Origin: Phoronis australis
Lineage: Eukaryota; Animalia; Phoronida
Reading direction: 5' to 3'
Assembly (NCBI GenBank): GCA_002633005.1
Contig: NMRA01000325.1
Coordinates: forward strand, 165,290-229,289
DNA length: 64,000 nucleotides
Both the position numbers and the translations under genes were made by a program. The notes under the pieces are model-generated. The model saw only the letters and a program-made list of their open reading frames with translations. It was not told the origin of the DNA and did not search any database. Positions 1-13,114 of this stretch are shown piece by piece (the stretch's first letter is position 1; every line of letters begins with the position of its first letter).

Positions 1-1049
1 ATTTTAATTGTTAATCATGGTTTCATTTATGCTATCAACAGCCCTGCATAATTTAGTCTTGACATTAGCTCATATATCAAAGACTTAAAAGATTATTAGC
101 ATTCCTTTATTAGTTACCTTCAATTCATAGCCACTAAGCACTTTTGCATTCTTGGTGTACAAGTTTTTGATATTGATATGATACAATATGAAAAACTTTA
201 TTCCAAACACACTGTTAACACATGAAAAAATACAGCATAAAACCAGTTGACCATATAAAATTAGTGTTTTAACAAAAATACATCAGAATTATTTTGGTGT
301 TTTGTAATGTGCACGATAGTCGTATAAATGGAATGCAATAGATTTTGAGTGGCCATGTGACTGCCCAGTGTCCATGCAGATCTTCACTACTCTAAGAGCA
401 GACAAATATAACCCCTTGTGTAGATTCGCATGCGGTCCTCCTGCTCTCATGGCACTAGGACATTCCATTTCCAGCCTCACTATTGGTTCGTTTGTATTAC
501 TGCCACGAGTTTGGTCAGCTCCTGGCTCCCATAGGCTGATGATTGTCACGTGTCATAAGGCTCCTTTGTTCTCAAGAAAGTTATATTTCCTGCCATCTGT
601 ACTTCGCTTTGCAGCACTTAGGTTCGAGCTAATCTCTCTTCATTTTTCCCACCCTCTACCACCCTCTACCCTGGGTAGTTCCTCTTACCTGAGTGCTGGC
701 GCTTTTTATTGCCCATCTTTCCAGAGATTATTATTTTATCTTTATGTTATTTGTACACTCATATTTCTTTACCTTATCAGTCATAATAAATGACCTTATA
801 TCGCCTATACACGGTCTCCTTTGTATCTCTGGAAACGGAGCTTGCGACGCACCTATTATTTTCGGGACATATTCCGAGCATAAATAGCCATTGTAGTTCT
901 TAACAATTGATTTCAAGCTTGTTAATTCCCATTTTTTATCACTAACTTAAAGCACTGATGTAGCGAAAAGTGTTTAAAAAATGGTTTTAAGTGTTTTTCT
1001 GAAGCGATAAAATTTGTTGTAATGAATCACCACTATTGTTTTCTCACAG

Positions 1050-4000
1050 GTGTTATTCTCAGATCTTCATTCAGTTAAATGGCCTTCAAAGTGGAGTTGG
1101 GAATACTGCCAAGTATTGAGCAATGGACAGTTGCAAGTTAGATCCAAAGAAGGTCATGCCTGTTTGACCCTTGCCCCTCATCAGCAGGATTTTAGTGTCC
1201 AGTTCCTGGCTAAACTCAGTTCTGATTCTAAAAGGAAGGCTGTGAAGCATCCTCTACTTGATCTTAATAAAGACTTCGACAGCATGAATCGTTCCCATTA
1301 TGGCAGAAGCAATAGTAAGACTCTTAAGTCAAATGGAAAAGACTATGTCAACAGTGACCATCGGTACACACATATTATACAGCACCATTCAATTCATAGC
1401 TACCCAGATTGCTGGTCACACCCATTGTCACTTGTACTTAATTTCTCACTGAATTATGTGGACCTCGCCATAAATCTTCAGGCAGAAGCTGACCTGAGAT
1501 CAGAATCGTATCATAATAGCAAATTTAAACACTCTGGGGAAAATGTGAGTAATGACAAACATTTGGACGAAGAAAATGGAAGCATAGTCTGCGCAGAGAA
1601 AGAAGACACTGTGTGTTCAGTTATTCCTAGGACTCTGCCACTTAGTTGCAGCAACATCCATCTCCACAAGGAGGCGCTTTCACAGCACATATTGTTAGAA
1701 GAGCATGAATCTGTGTCTAATATCACAGAAACTTGTCGACTAGAAGGTCTCAAGGTTGTCTGCTCATCTGGTGTTATCTACAGGTTTGTTAATTGTAATT
1801 GTTATCCACCTCTGTAGCCCATGCGCCTGTGAGTGAAGTTTTGCTTATATCTGAAATTACGTAGTGTGAGCTAGGGCATGTACATTTTTGAACAAGCAAG
1901 TTTTAAGCTTTACTTGTCCATTGCAAAATGGACGTGGATGTTTATACACTCAGTTTAACATCAAAAAGTACCGGTATGAAGATTGGACAGAAGACTGCAT
2001 GCAGAATATGGCTAACTTCAGTTAGGGCTGTTCCAGCAAAATCTGTGTGGGAGGGGGGGGGAAGGCAACTGAAATAAAAATTTATGGGTGGTTGCGTTTG
2101 ATTTAAATTCAAAATGGCTGGTGGTCGTACTTCAAAAAAATAAAATTTACAGGTCGTTGTTGTTTCATTGGGCCATAAATGTTTGATGGTGGGTAATTTT
2201 AGTAAATTTTATAAACAATTCGCACAGAATCAAAAACTGAAACAAAAATGCAACTTGCAAAAAGCTCCGACTTTTTCACTCCCTCCGATCTCATCCGCAT
2301 GCCCATAACACCATTTAACCACAGGTGCTCGAATTTCTCGATGGCTAATAACCATATATAAGAAACATATGTTTTCTTAATAATGAATGACGTTAGTGGT
2401 GATGGAGGAACAGATAAACTCAAGCGCCTGTGCAGTCAACCACAAGAACAAAAAAAAATTACGGGTGGTTGCATTTCAAACCTATAAAAAATTATGGGTG
2501 GTGGGCTGAAGAAATAAATGAAAAATATGGGTGGTGGGTGCCAAAAAAAGGTGCCTTCCCCGTTCCCCCCCTCCCATACAGATTTTACTGGAACAGCCCT
2601 TAAAGTAAGTAGGTACTTGCACATGTAATTTACAAGGAATAGCCATCTGGAGACTGGTGATCACATGATTACAAGCGACTGGCAACGTTTTAAGTCATGA
2701 ATTAAGATTTTGCACACATCAAAGGTTCAGAAATTATATACTATTTTAATAGTATATAAAAGGATTTAAAATGGTCAGTTAAAACTAATGGGATGAAGCG
2801 TGGAAGGAAAGTTGACAAGTACCTTTTAAAGGTAAATAATACCAAGTGATAGACATAAAATGTTTTTTGTGCAAAATGAATTGTCTTCCTTAGAAGTCAT
2901 AATGTCCTGAATAACAAATAATTTGACTGGAAAGACCAAATTCAACCTCTTTGAAAAACTGACAAGTTTTTTGAAAGCAAACTTATTATTTTGAGAGAAA
3001 AGCAGTAGGCAAATTTGAGTTAGATTAAGTGTGCATTGGAGTAATTGAATTTCATCCGATTTTTCTTCACTTGAGCAGGTTTGTTGATGGGTGCGGTGTT
3101 GAGATTCTGCCTGGAGATGGCAGCATAATCAAGTCAACCACCAGTGCTGGTGGCTACTATGTACACCACAAGGTGGAGCCTAGAGCTGCCTATCCTGCCA
3201 CAGTAAGTTGGTAGCTTTTAAATAAGAGTTCAATTATCACCTGTATCGTAAGAACTTCATTAGGCATAACATGTCTGTCATGTACCTGGCTAGATGTGTT
3301 ATCTACCCTGTACTAGATTGACAATGGACACTTTTAAGTAACTTATTTGATATAACATGAATGGATCTGACAAAGGTTGAATCTTCATAAATTAAAACGG
3401 GTAACGTTTCATGACTGCCAGATTGATTTCATCGCTTGGAACCTCAACAAGCCTTTGAAACTCTTGTTATTGAAGAGGAGGTGTCATTACAGATTGGGTG
3501 CCCCAAGAGCAAGTTGTGTAGCTAGTCAATGTGAGGTACTTATCGCACAACCTCATGGATGTGAGTGACCTCGCAGTTGTGCCTGGATAGTTACTAAGCC
3601 TTTGAGCACTCTCAGAAAGTGAGCGATTGCTTCAAAACATTGAGTTTAACACCACATTAACAATACAACTTACAACATTTTTTAAAATGCAATTAAAATT
3701 ACTATAAACTCATGACTTCGATAGGTACTAGAGAGAACCTACAGTGTGAAGAACCCTCCTCCAGACATTAAAGATCTCAATTACTCTGTTACCAAACTCA
3801 TCTTCAGGGCTGATAGGTAAGTGCAATGACCCAGAGGTGACCTTGTCTCTAAGTGAACACTTTACCTGGTGTAGATACAAGACCCATAAACTTTCCAACT
3901 ATCTTCTGGATTTGGCAATGGGGTAGCATACTACAAAAGGAGTTACTAGTGTCTAATGTTGTTTTAGACATTTTGCTTTTTAATTAAAATCTAGTATTGT

Positions 4001-7000
4001 CATAGTATTGTCTTAGTGGGTGAAGCAGCCTGTGTAACAGTATGACCCTTGTCTATTGGTAATGCTAAATTTTTTTTAGAAATTGATTTTCTACCAATAT
4101 CTTTGAGGTTTTGTAGTTGATGATTTTTATTGACGGACTTTGTACCTTCAGATAAAATGACAAGTTTTCTATTGAGTTGAGGGCAGGAGTTGATTGTTAA
4201 ATGTTGTGCTACGCCAATTGATTGAAAAGCTGCATTATTTGTTTTTGAATTTGTAATGGCACCAGCATTTTGTAGAATCCAACAGGGACAATTGAGAAAT
4301 ACATACTATTATATCATGTCTCACAATTTGAATGTGGCATTATTTGTCTAACTTTCTCTTCAAGGTTCCTTCAAGTGGTAACATCAGAGCGTCTCCTCTT
4401 GTCTACAGTCAATGTGCAGATATGTTGGAAGGTGTGTAGATGGGATCTGATGTTCCAGTTTTCTGAATGAACGTCATTATTTCCCTGGTCACAATGGTAA
4501 ATTTGGACATTGAAAATTTTGAATATGTATTTGAGCATTATAATCATCATTTTGTGGATGAATCTTTGGTTTATTGAAAAATTGTACTAGCACAAGACTA
4601 TGTCCATTTTCCATTTGTTCTTGACGTTGGTTTTTATAAACAGAAGTGAAAAGTCGAAATATTCCCACTAAAATTTAAGTTAATAAGAGATGCAGTGTTG
4701 TATTTTCAAGACTGTTTTAATTAGTTATGTACTGACATCAAATAAAAATCTTAACTAGTGTTATTTACTCTCTAGTCTCCTGAGAAGCGAGTTGCCCAGC
4801 AACCTGCCTCAGGAGCAATTCTCCTTGAGGAGATGTCTGTGCCTCGCGTTGGTCACTTTCGTGCCTACTCTAGTGGACGGATGACGGTTTTGTTTGAGGA
4901 CAGGACTCGCCTGCAGATGTTTCATGACTTTAGGCCACGGCTAGCTAGGGAGGGACTCGTTGAGGAGGTAAACATCTTTTAGATATTTTTAACTCACAAA
5001 CATAATATATTTTTGAGGTTCTTGGTGGTATGCATTATGCTGTCACATTTGTATTCACTTGACCTCATTTTTTCCAAACAATTGTTTCTCATCAAGATTG
5101 TATTACTCCTGCAGGTGTAATTTTTTTGCGCACAACTAGCTAAATTTGTTTGCAAACTACAAAAGCCTGTCTGAGAATTTTCTTTGGAGCCTTTTAGCTC
5201 AATAAATGGACAGTCCCAAATGAAGCCTTGCATATTTTTCATGGATTTCTGAAATCTTGATTTTTGCAACTGATTGCTCGCACTGAAGGGCATTTAAGCA
5301 CAAAATGCCCGACACGCTTTTTAGTAGCTAAGGAAGATCTTCAAACAAAATTCATTCCGTAAATGCGTGTATTATGCTCATGTGACTCTAATGAAAATAA
5401 TGTATTTTAGACAGATTTTTTCTCAAGTGTTTTGAATATATACACAAAACGTACCGAGAGTGGCGTAGATGAAGTAATATCCCACTCAACATTATTCTGC
5501 ATATCGACCTCGACCGAATTGTATTTATCTCATACGCTTCGAATTCCTAAGTTTCTTTCATTTTTCAGCAGATTTTTTTAAATACTTCACCCAGTCTGTT
5601 CACGTGGAAAATCATATCCTATATGTACATAGTTGCGCGACAGGTTACACGTTTTCTTTAGTAAAAGACAGAGTTTTAAATGTAACAATTTCTTACTTGA
5701 AAAGAGATAACAAAGATGAAAACAACGGTAATTGTACATTGAACTTGTAACATTTCCTGAACATACTTAAATAACAATAATATTTGATTTTGTAGTTACC
5801 GAGGAATCGGCGCCTGAGTTGCAGATGATATAATATTTAGCAATGGAAAGCTGAGACAGAAGTGTCATATAATTAAAAGTTTTGTACCAGATGTTACGTT
5901 TGGGACCTGATTGCATGTCGAGTGATATTTATACTACTGCAATTGTAATACTTTAAACTTTAAATTATTATTTTCGGAAAGTTTGATGATCGAACTGGCT
6001 AACGGCATCGAGTATTTTGTAGTCCTAGAGACTAGGCTTTACTTGTCATAATGTGTCATTTAGCATTAAGCATGGTCTCAGGCAAAAACAAACATTTAGT
6101 TCTATTCACACCCACTTCTCATCTGAGCAAGGGGCAAGTTGATCCCAGTTTTAAGGCCATAATTGGTCCATGTCAAAAGTTTCTTCTTGGGTAGAACTTG
6201 AGTTTTTGCTTTAAGTGCTTCACATATAGGTGTTTGCATCAAGATATAGGGTCAATTTTACAGGTAGGGTAGTCATGAACCCTGGCAATGGTTTACCATT
6301 AGCGTCATGGTATGAGGTTGTCATCTGTTGGATTAAAACAAATTTTTCAGGAAGCAGAGAACAGACTGCAATTCAGAACAGACTCGAGAGAAATGTGTCG
6401 ACTTTTGCTACCCAACGGGAAATACGTGACTGCAGCCAAAGATCAAGCAGGCTGTTTTGAATGGTAGGTGCTAATGATGTGATACAGCGTATGGTAGGTG
6501 GTAATGATATGATACAGCGCATGGTAGGTGGTAATGATGTGATACAGCGCATGGTAGATGGTAATGATGTGATACAGCGCATGGTAGATGGTAATGATGT
6601 GATACAGCGCATGGTAGATGGTAATGATGTGATACAGCGCATGGTAGATGGTAATGATGTGATACAGTGCATGGTAGATGGTAATGATGTGATACAGTGC
6701 ATGGTAGATAGTAATAATGTGATACAGCATAATTTGTGCAAGACTAATCTTACATCCTTTCGGAAAGTTCATTAATGATTGATTGTTGGACAGTCTTTTG
6801 ATAAGAAAAGGGAATGTTCCTCTTCAGAATCATACATAATCATTTTCACCCAAGATAAAACACTGGCACTATGTTGGGACTAAACCCACAATCTTTGGAT
6901 TGGGAAGCAGGTAATTTGCTCTGACACTTACTAATTAATAAGCCTTATTAAATGCTTTCACCAGAATGTACTAGTAGCCAAGGGTTGCGGGACATTTCTA

Positions 7001-8815
7001 TAAATTTTATAATGTTTCTTTGTCTTTCAGTTATGTTGATATCGCTCGGGAATGGGGTGACTGGGTGAACACTCCATCTGGTGAGAGGCGAGACTTTTAC
7101 TCAAAGCGGTCCAAGATGCCGTAAGTTTACTGGAGAGCAGAGTTTAGATTAATCTCAACTGGGGATCATAATCATCACTAAGAACTGCTGTTTCCTTTGG
7201 AATGGAAGTCTTTTACCTATTAATAAGAACTCTGTTCTTTTAGGTTTTCTTTGACTTGCACATTGTTGGTCATTCTTAGCCAGTTTCCTTTCTGATATTT
7301 GTGAGCTCATGACTTATCATTTACATATAGAAAGTAATGATTTCCGACACACATTTTGTTACCAAATAGAAGATACTGAAATTGTGTTAGCACCGAAAGT
7401 TTAGGAAACCAGCTGGCATCTTTCAACAGTTAATTAACTGGTAAATTAAATAAAGATAAGAGAAATTCAGAAACGAGTGTCATTGATAATTGTGTTGCAA
7501 GTTGATGTTACTTTCTTGTTCTTGATTTCAGGTCTGCTGAAGCAGAATTGTTGAAGATCAGAACGTTTAACTGTATCCTTGATTTACAAAATGTGTTCAG
7601 CATGACAGTACTTTTTTCTTAAGCTTGATAGTTGGAATTTGCAGACAAGTAAATGCATGCTGTTCCGATTTTGTATTCTGTACTTTGAAGTCTTCTAATA
7701 TTTTGTCTCATGTCATTGTATTGTGTCTCGATACCAATTTTGTACTGTGATCAAATGGTTTCAGCACTTAAAAAGATACTAAACCAGGGTTTGACCTATT
7801 GGCAGAGCCTAATACAACCTGGTCATTTCTAATATTTTAATTAAATCCAGAATGCATTCTCATTGTTGACAATCATCACAGTTTAGAGCAAGTTGGATTA
7901 TTCCTTCCATAGTGTGCTAAATCGCTAAACGTGACTAACACTTTAGGCGAGATAAATGACGATTTTGGGAAATGCAGCCCACAGGATCCACCTCATAGCA
8001 CAATGAGTAGTTGTTATTGTTACTTTTATTATTACTATTATTGCCATTCAGGGGAGGTGCCAATAGTTCGTCATCAGGTGCCAGAGACTACTTCATGTGA
8101 AATCAACAAAACAGAGTATAGTATATCGTTTAAGTATGGCAGTTTAAATTTGTTGATTAGCTTAAAATTTTTTTTCTTGACCTCCATGACACAGGTCACG
8201 AATTCAAAAATGACAATGATAAGATCATGCACAGAGAAAAAAAAAATGGTTTCAGAGAGGTGTCCAGGAGGCTTCGTTTGTCAAATCGCTTAATCCTTCA
8301 CTTAACGGACAAGGTGGAGCTCGGTTTAAAGTGTTGTCTTCTTGGTATGAGAGTTTGTGTGAAAATGCTAACCAGATGAGATCGGGTGAGGCGAATCCCA
8401 CCTATCAGCAGTACTATCTTACCTTTGAAGGAGGTGTGATGCCTCTGAGGTGCTAGGAATTTCTAAGTACTCCAGCAGACCAGATATAATTAGAATACAA
8501 TGAACTTGGTAGCCTATTGCATTTAAGCCTATGTTGATCTGAAGCCTGGATATATGTACCTTTTGAAACAAGTTGTTTTAATATACTCCTACTATCTCTT
8601 TAACACCTATCTCAGACCTCAGTGACAGAATGATTGTTGGCCGAGGAACAAGTCCAACTATTGAACCCCACTGCTCCAGTGTTCTCTATGCACACAGCAA
8701 GACTGAGTACCCTGTGGATGTGGAGTCAATTCAAAAGGCTCTGCGTCAGTCATCACATTGGCTTGAAGAGACTGACAAACTGCTACAAAAGTCTAGTGCC
8801 AACTTAACAACGTGA
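1050..8815 (+). CDS. C5orf34: C5orf34-like uncharacterised protein (DUF4520/DUF4524 family), 5'-partial, 9 exons visible, about 550 aa
   Basis: Exons 1050-1783, 3079-3202, 3725-3816, 4365-4431, 4776-4967, 6351-6463, 7031-7120, 7532-7572 and 8616-8815 join in frame (1653 nt) with AG/GT boundaries and consistent phases. Peptides VKWPS, GHACLTLAPHQQDFSVQFLAK, YPDCWSHPLSLVL, PRTLPLSC, EILPGDGSIIKS, RTYSVKNPPPD, VGHFRAYSSG and AELLKIRTFN follow the C5orf34 motifs I recall, in order. The start exon was not found in the window. Confidence 0.8.
2025..2599. mobile_element. PIF/Harbinger (Tourist-like) MITE
   Basis: TIRs GGGCTGTTCCAGCAAAATCTGTGTGGGAGGGGG and CCCCCTCCCATACAGATTTTACTGGAACAGCCC, with TTA on both sides (2022-2024, 2600-2602). 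Confidence 0.8.
6461..6730. repeat. 30-bp minisatellite, 9 copies
   Basis: Unit ATGGTAG(G/A)TGGTAATGATGTGATACAG(C/T)GC, starting at the last 3 nt of C5orf34 exon 6351-6463. Confidence 0.95.
7573..8615 (+). other. U12-type (minor spliceosome) GT-AG intron
   Basis: 5' splice site GTATCCTT; branch-like TCTCTTTAAC at 8595-8604, about 11 nt before the AG at 8614-8615; splicing keeps the frame (T|AC = Tyr). Confidence 0.8.
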
Positions 8816-11800
8816 CTCCAGGAAGTGACAGAAATGTCTGCATGCCATTTACGTCTGTGCTGGGGTACATTGTAACCAGGTTCGACTGTATTACCATTTT
8901 TTCTTATTAGGAAGAAGAAATAAAACTTTGTTCACCGTGTTGTACGTTCAAAATGTTTTGCCAAAAGCGATATAAAGTAATCATGTTTAGAAAAGAGCAG
9001 AGTGCCTAGGACAAATAAATGTGCACGGCCAAACCTTATTTTAAAAGCCATCCGTAGGTTCTACAAAAGGGTATTTTTATGCTCTTCATGCTATGTACAT
9101 GACGTGGAAATACCCAGTACAGTTCTTCTTACATCAAGACTAGGCTAGGCAGGATGCTGTTGTATCTTAGGGCATCAAATGAATTCTGGCATCAGCAAGG
9201 TACGCTCCAGCCTAGCAAAAAGTCAAGTCTATTTATAAAGAAGTGCCCAAGTTAATTGAGAGCGTTAGAAAGTAGTGCACCTGTAATTATTTCCACCAGA
9301 TAGGGTTTATGTTATTGGAAATGTAAAGGGTATGGTAATACGTTGTGTGCAGGTGATCCCGGGGAGGGGGGATGGGTGGTGTAATTTGTAAATGCAATTA
9401 CATGTAAACACAAAAGTATGTAAACACAATTACATGTAATTCACTGGTTGAACATTGAGGAAATAAAACTGTTCATTTTCATTGGAATCTTTATTTTATC
9501 AACTGTACTTTCAAAATAAATTTAACCGGCACAAGCTTGCAATCGAGTGTTTGTCCTCTAGAAATGTGCCAACTTACATAAAGATTTTTGCATGTAAATT
9601 AGTAGGGTAGGAATAAGGTTTTCAGCGGCGACTTACACACATGAAAGTTACGACTTGTAAACGACAATTTATAGCGGCTATGAGCATTTGACTCGACTCA
9701 CTGGTCTCGACTTCTTTCTTACCCACATGACCAAGTGATTTCTAGGTTTGCAAAGTGACGTTTTGTTTTTGCTCAAGACTCTGCTCAGCACTTATGAGCC
9801 ATGACAAGCCAGCTAGTAGAACCTGGTCTCTAACAATAACCGTCAGCTCCCTTGTAAGCTATGAAGTCAACTCTAGATTGAACAAGGGATGATTTTGGAG
9901 ACCAATTTCATAATGGTTAGTGGTGTAAACCAAAAGCTGGCTTTTGTGGTGGAAGGCGGGGTTTACTGCTAAATTTTACATGGAAGGTGACCACCTAAAC
10001 AACATGACAAGTTACCTTTTTATTGCCGGAGGTAAATCCACTTGAGCTAGTTCTAGTTTAAGAAAAAAGCAATACTGAAATAAATGCCAAAAATACCATA
10101 AATAATTATTGCCGTGTGCTAATAGGAAAAATAGAATTTTGGTAATCTGATCTTATGGGACATTTTGATTATTCTCTTTTTTTCAAACTTATACAAATCC
10201 TTTTTTCTCTCCAAAATGTATTTCGATATAACTTTATAAAATTAAAAGAAAAGTTAGCTTAATTTGTATTCTTTATTAAAAACAGATGAAATGCTAGAAA
10301 GATTTTTTTTAAATTGCAGGCGAGCTCGGCAATGGTACATGTTGTACCAGACATGTGCAGGTTGCTCTAGTGGACCCATGGCTCTGATCACCTAGAACCA
10401 TTTTGATGCTTCATTAGTGAATAGTCAAAACCAAGCTGAGGAGCTAGATACGAGTCTGGAGGGTCTAGCTGTGTGCCTTAGTGCAACTCGAACTCGCGAC
10501 CTTTAGTAAAGAAAATGAAACCCTATCCCAGTCACACTAATGATTGTGCTGTAAGCCTTTGTTACAAGTCATCACCGTAGTGTGAGTGAATTGTTTGTGT
10601 GGAATCCTGCAGTTATTTGAAACAGCTAGAAATATGCTGAAGCTCTCAACTGAACAATAGATGGCACTGGCAGCATGGGTGCTGATTTGTGTCACATCCA
10701 CTGACAATTTGTTAGGTGAACGTGATCCTTTCAAGCAGAGAACTAAAACTGAAGTTATGCAAGTGGAAAATAAGATAGCACAATGTGTAAATGTTATTTT
10801 TTTGTTTAATCATAGAATGGTAATTACAAATGAATACTTCACACGAGTGACTTTAACAGGACGGTGTAATTCAACAGTATTTTACAATCACTTGCCAACC
10901 ATCAGTGAACAAACAAGAAATATTTACAAGTTTCCAACCACAGCATGTAGTGGTTTACACTCAAAATTTGTAAATTTGACATCTTACAAAGCCACAGTCT
11001 TTTTCATAGAATTAACAATATTCTTGTTAAAAATAAAAGCATGTGAATCCAGAAATTTCACAAAGCAAAAGACAGTTTGGTGTTCAATCTTCACACGAAC
11101 ATTTTTCATTTTAACTTCCACTAAACAGCTTCTTGATGGTCACATGCGCTATCCACGTATTGGAAATCAAAGAGAACAGGGGCCTACAATTCTAAAGAAA
11201 CATTCAAACCAAATTTGACAATATAGAAACAAAAGACATCAACTGCATGAAAAATCTTGAACTTGCACAAGATTAGGCAACAGATTTGCAGAAAATTGTC
11301 TTTAAGTGCGAAAGTGGCTTCTTTTGTGGATTTTTAAAGTTTGCACTGAAAACTAGTTTTTGCTATACACAATCGGCCATGAAAAATCAGCACTTCAAGT
11401 GCAACACATTCTTTTTCATAGGCGACTAGATTATGATAAAAACTCCAATTCTAAATAGCACACTATACATTGCTGCTACTCATCACACAAAGCATCATAG
11501 TAATAGGTAACTCTGCCTGTCTAACCTCCCTTACCACTATATATACATTCTAGAAAAACATGCATATTTCCGATAAAGAAATAAATACTAAAACTTGTTT
11601 TCCATACTTAAAATTCAGTGTTTATCAATGTACCAAAATAAAGTCTGGACTAGTAACAACGCACAGGGTCCATACTGAAAATAATTGCCAGACGCTTTCA
11701 GGACCCAACTTCAATTCTCAGTTTAAAGATACCCTTCTTTTGTTTTCACCAGTTTCAAACATAAAATTAGTCTCATTAATTGAAAGTTATCACTAAAATT

Positions 11801-13114
11801 TGTCCGTTACGACCCAAAACGTTAGTGTTTTCAATGTCACTTGTTCCAAGTTCAGCCAAGTTCTATCGTTAAAATGTGAACGTCAACTGTTGGTGAAACA
11901 CCAAAACTTTGCAAGTCATGAGATATAATTGTGTGAGAATAGAGTTTGGAGAAATTGTTTATTAATGATTAAATTCATGAATTTTTTACTTTAAAGAAGC
12001 AGAAAAAGTGTCGTTGATGGGCATACTCACTCTGGCTTTTTACATTGAGTAGACACAAACTTCTGGTGTGAAGTGGCCATCCAACATTTGCGGGTAATCT
12101 TCAGCTTGTGGATTATTGCAAGTGTCCAAACTGTATCTAGATTGTTAGTAAGAAGCACGCTGTAAAAGCCACTCTGACTGAGGCACGTTCGCACATAACT
12201 CATCATGGCAATGATTTAACTCCTCCAGAATGAGAGTGAAATGTATTATTTTTAATTGAGCGGTAACGAGATTTGCGGATCAAATGTGAATTGTACTTGA
12301 ATAAGTCGAGCGGACAATGCTTGCCACTGCAGCCATGTAACAAATGTTCACATCCTGAGCCTGACGGAGGCGAGCAGTGTATGTAAACTTTTGTCTGTCA
12401 CAGAGTGCCACAAGAACTCATGTCTATTGCATATAGTGCGTACAAAGTGCAAAACTTACTATGGCAGTAACAATAATTTGCTGGAATGGCAGGGCTGGTT
12501 TAAACTTCATTCATTGGACAAGTGGCTGTAACACATTAGGTACATAAAATTCAACACATGCTACCTTGTGACACCCTGATAAAGCATATACATATAATCT
12601 GGATGAGCTTGATTCACATCTTTTAGTATGCAACACTGAGAAAAGCTAAAATTTGTTAAGCAAGAAATGGGAAATGATATGTGTTCCTCCGTATGACGTG
12701 GTGAATAAATATTTAGGCTTTACATTAAAAAGACACACAAATCAAGACTATCCGTCAAGCTTATGCTAAAGAAAGTTTCAACTTGTTCTACTTTACTTAA
12801 AGGACGAGATTTAATTTACTTCTCATTAGCCCCTTAAAGCATGGACCTTCCAGACCACTCAAAATATGAAGAAAAATGACCAAACTTAACGACAATAAAA
12901 CCAAGCATAACGGATGACAAAAGCAATTCTACATTCACAATTTTTCCTTTCCCCATTTCGCCACACACAACTTCGAAGCAAACTGTTCGGTGCTTTAAGG
13001 ATATGGAAACACTTGTTAAGTATGGATACCAGAATTATATACGAGTATAATACACAATTGACCAGACACTACTGGTGCCACTACAGGCAACTAGGGCTCC
13101 TAGTGGCTCTGACA

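Noticed and set aside
289-916. Short ORFs upstream of the first visible C5orf34 exon
   Set aside because: None matches the expected C5orf34 N-terminus or has convincing splice sites.
6373-6775. ORFs with MVDGNDVIQR or HALYHIITIY repeats
   Set aside because: They arise from the 30-bp intronic minisatellite and are out of frame with the host exon.
10661-11218. 185-aa plus-strand ORF
   Set aside because: No recognisable motif or splice context; it lies antisense to the probable CAB39 3'UTR.
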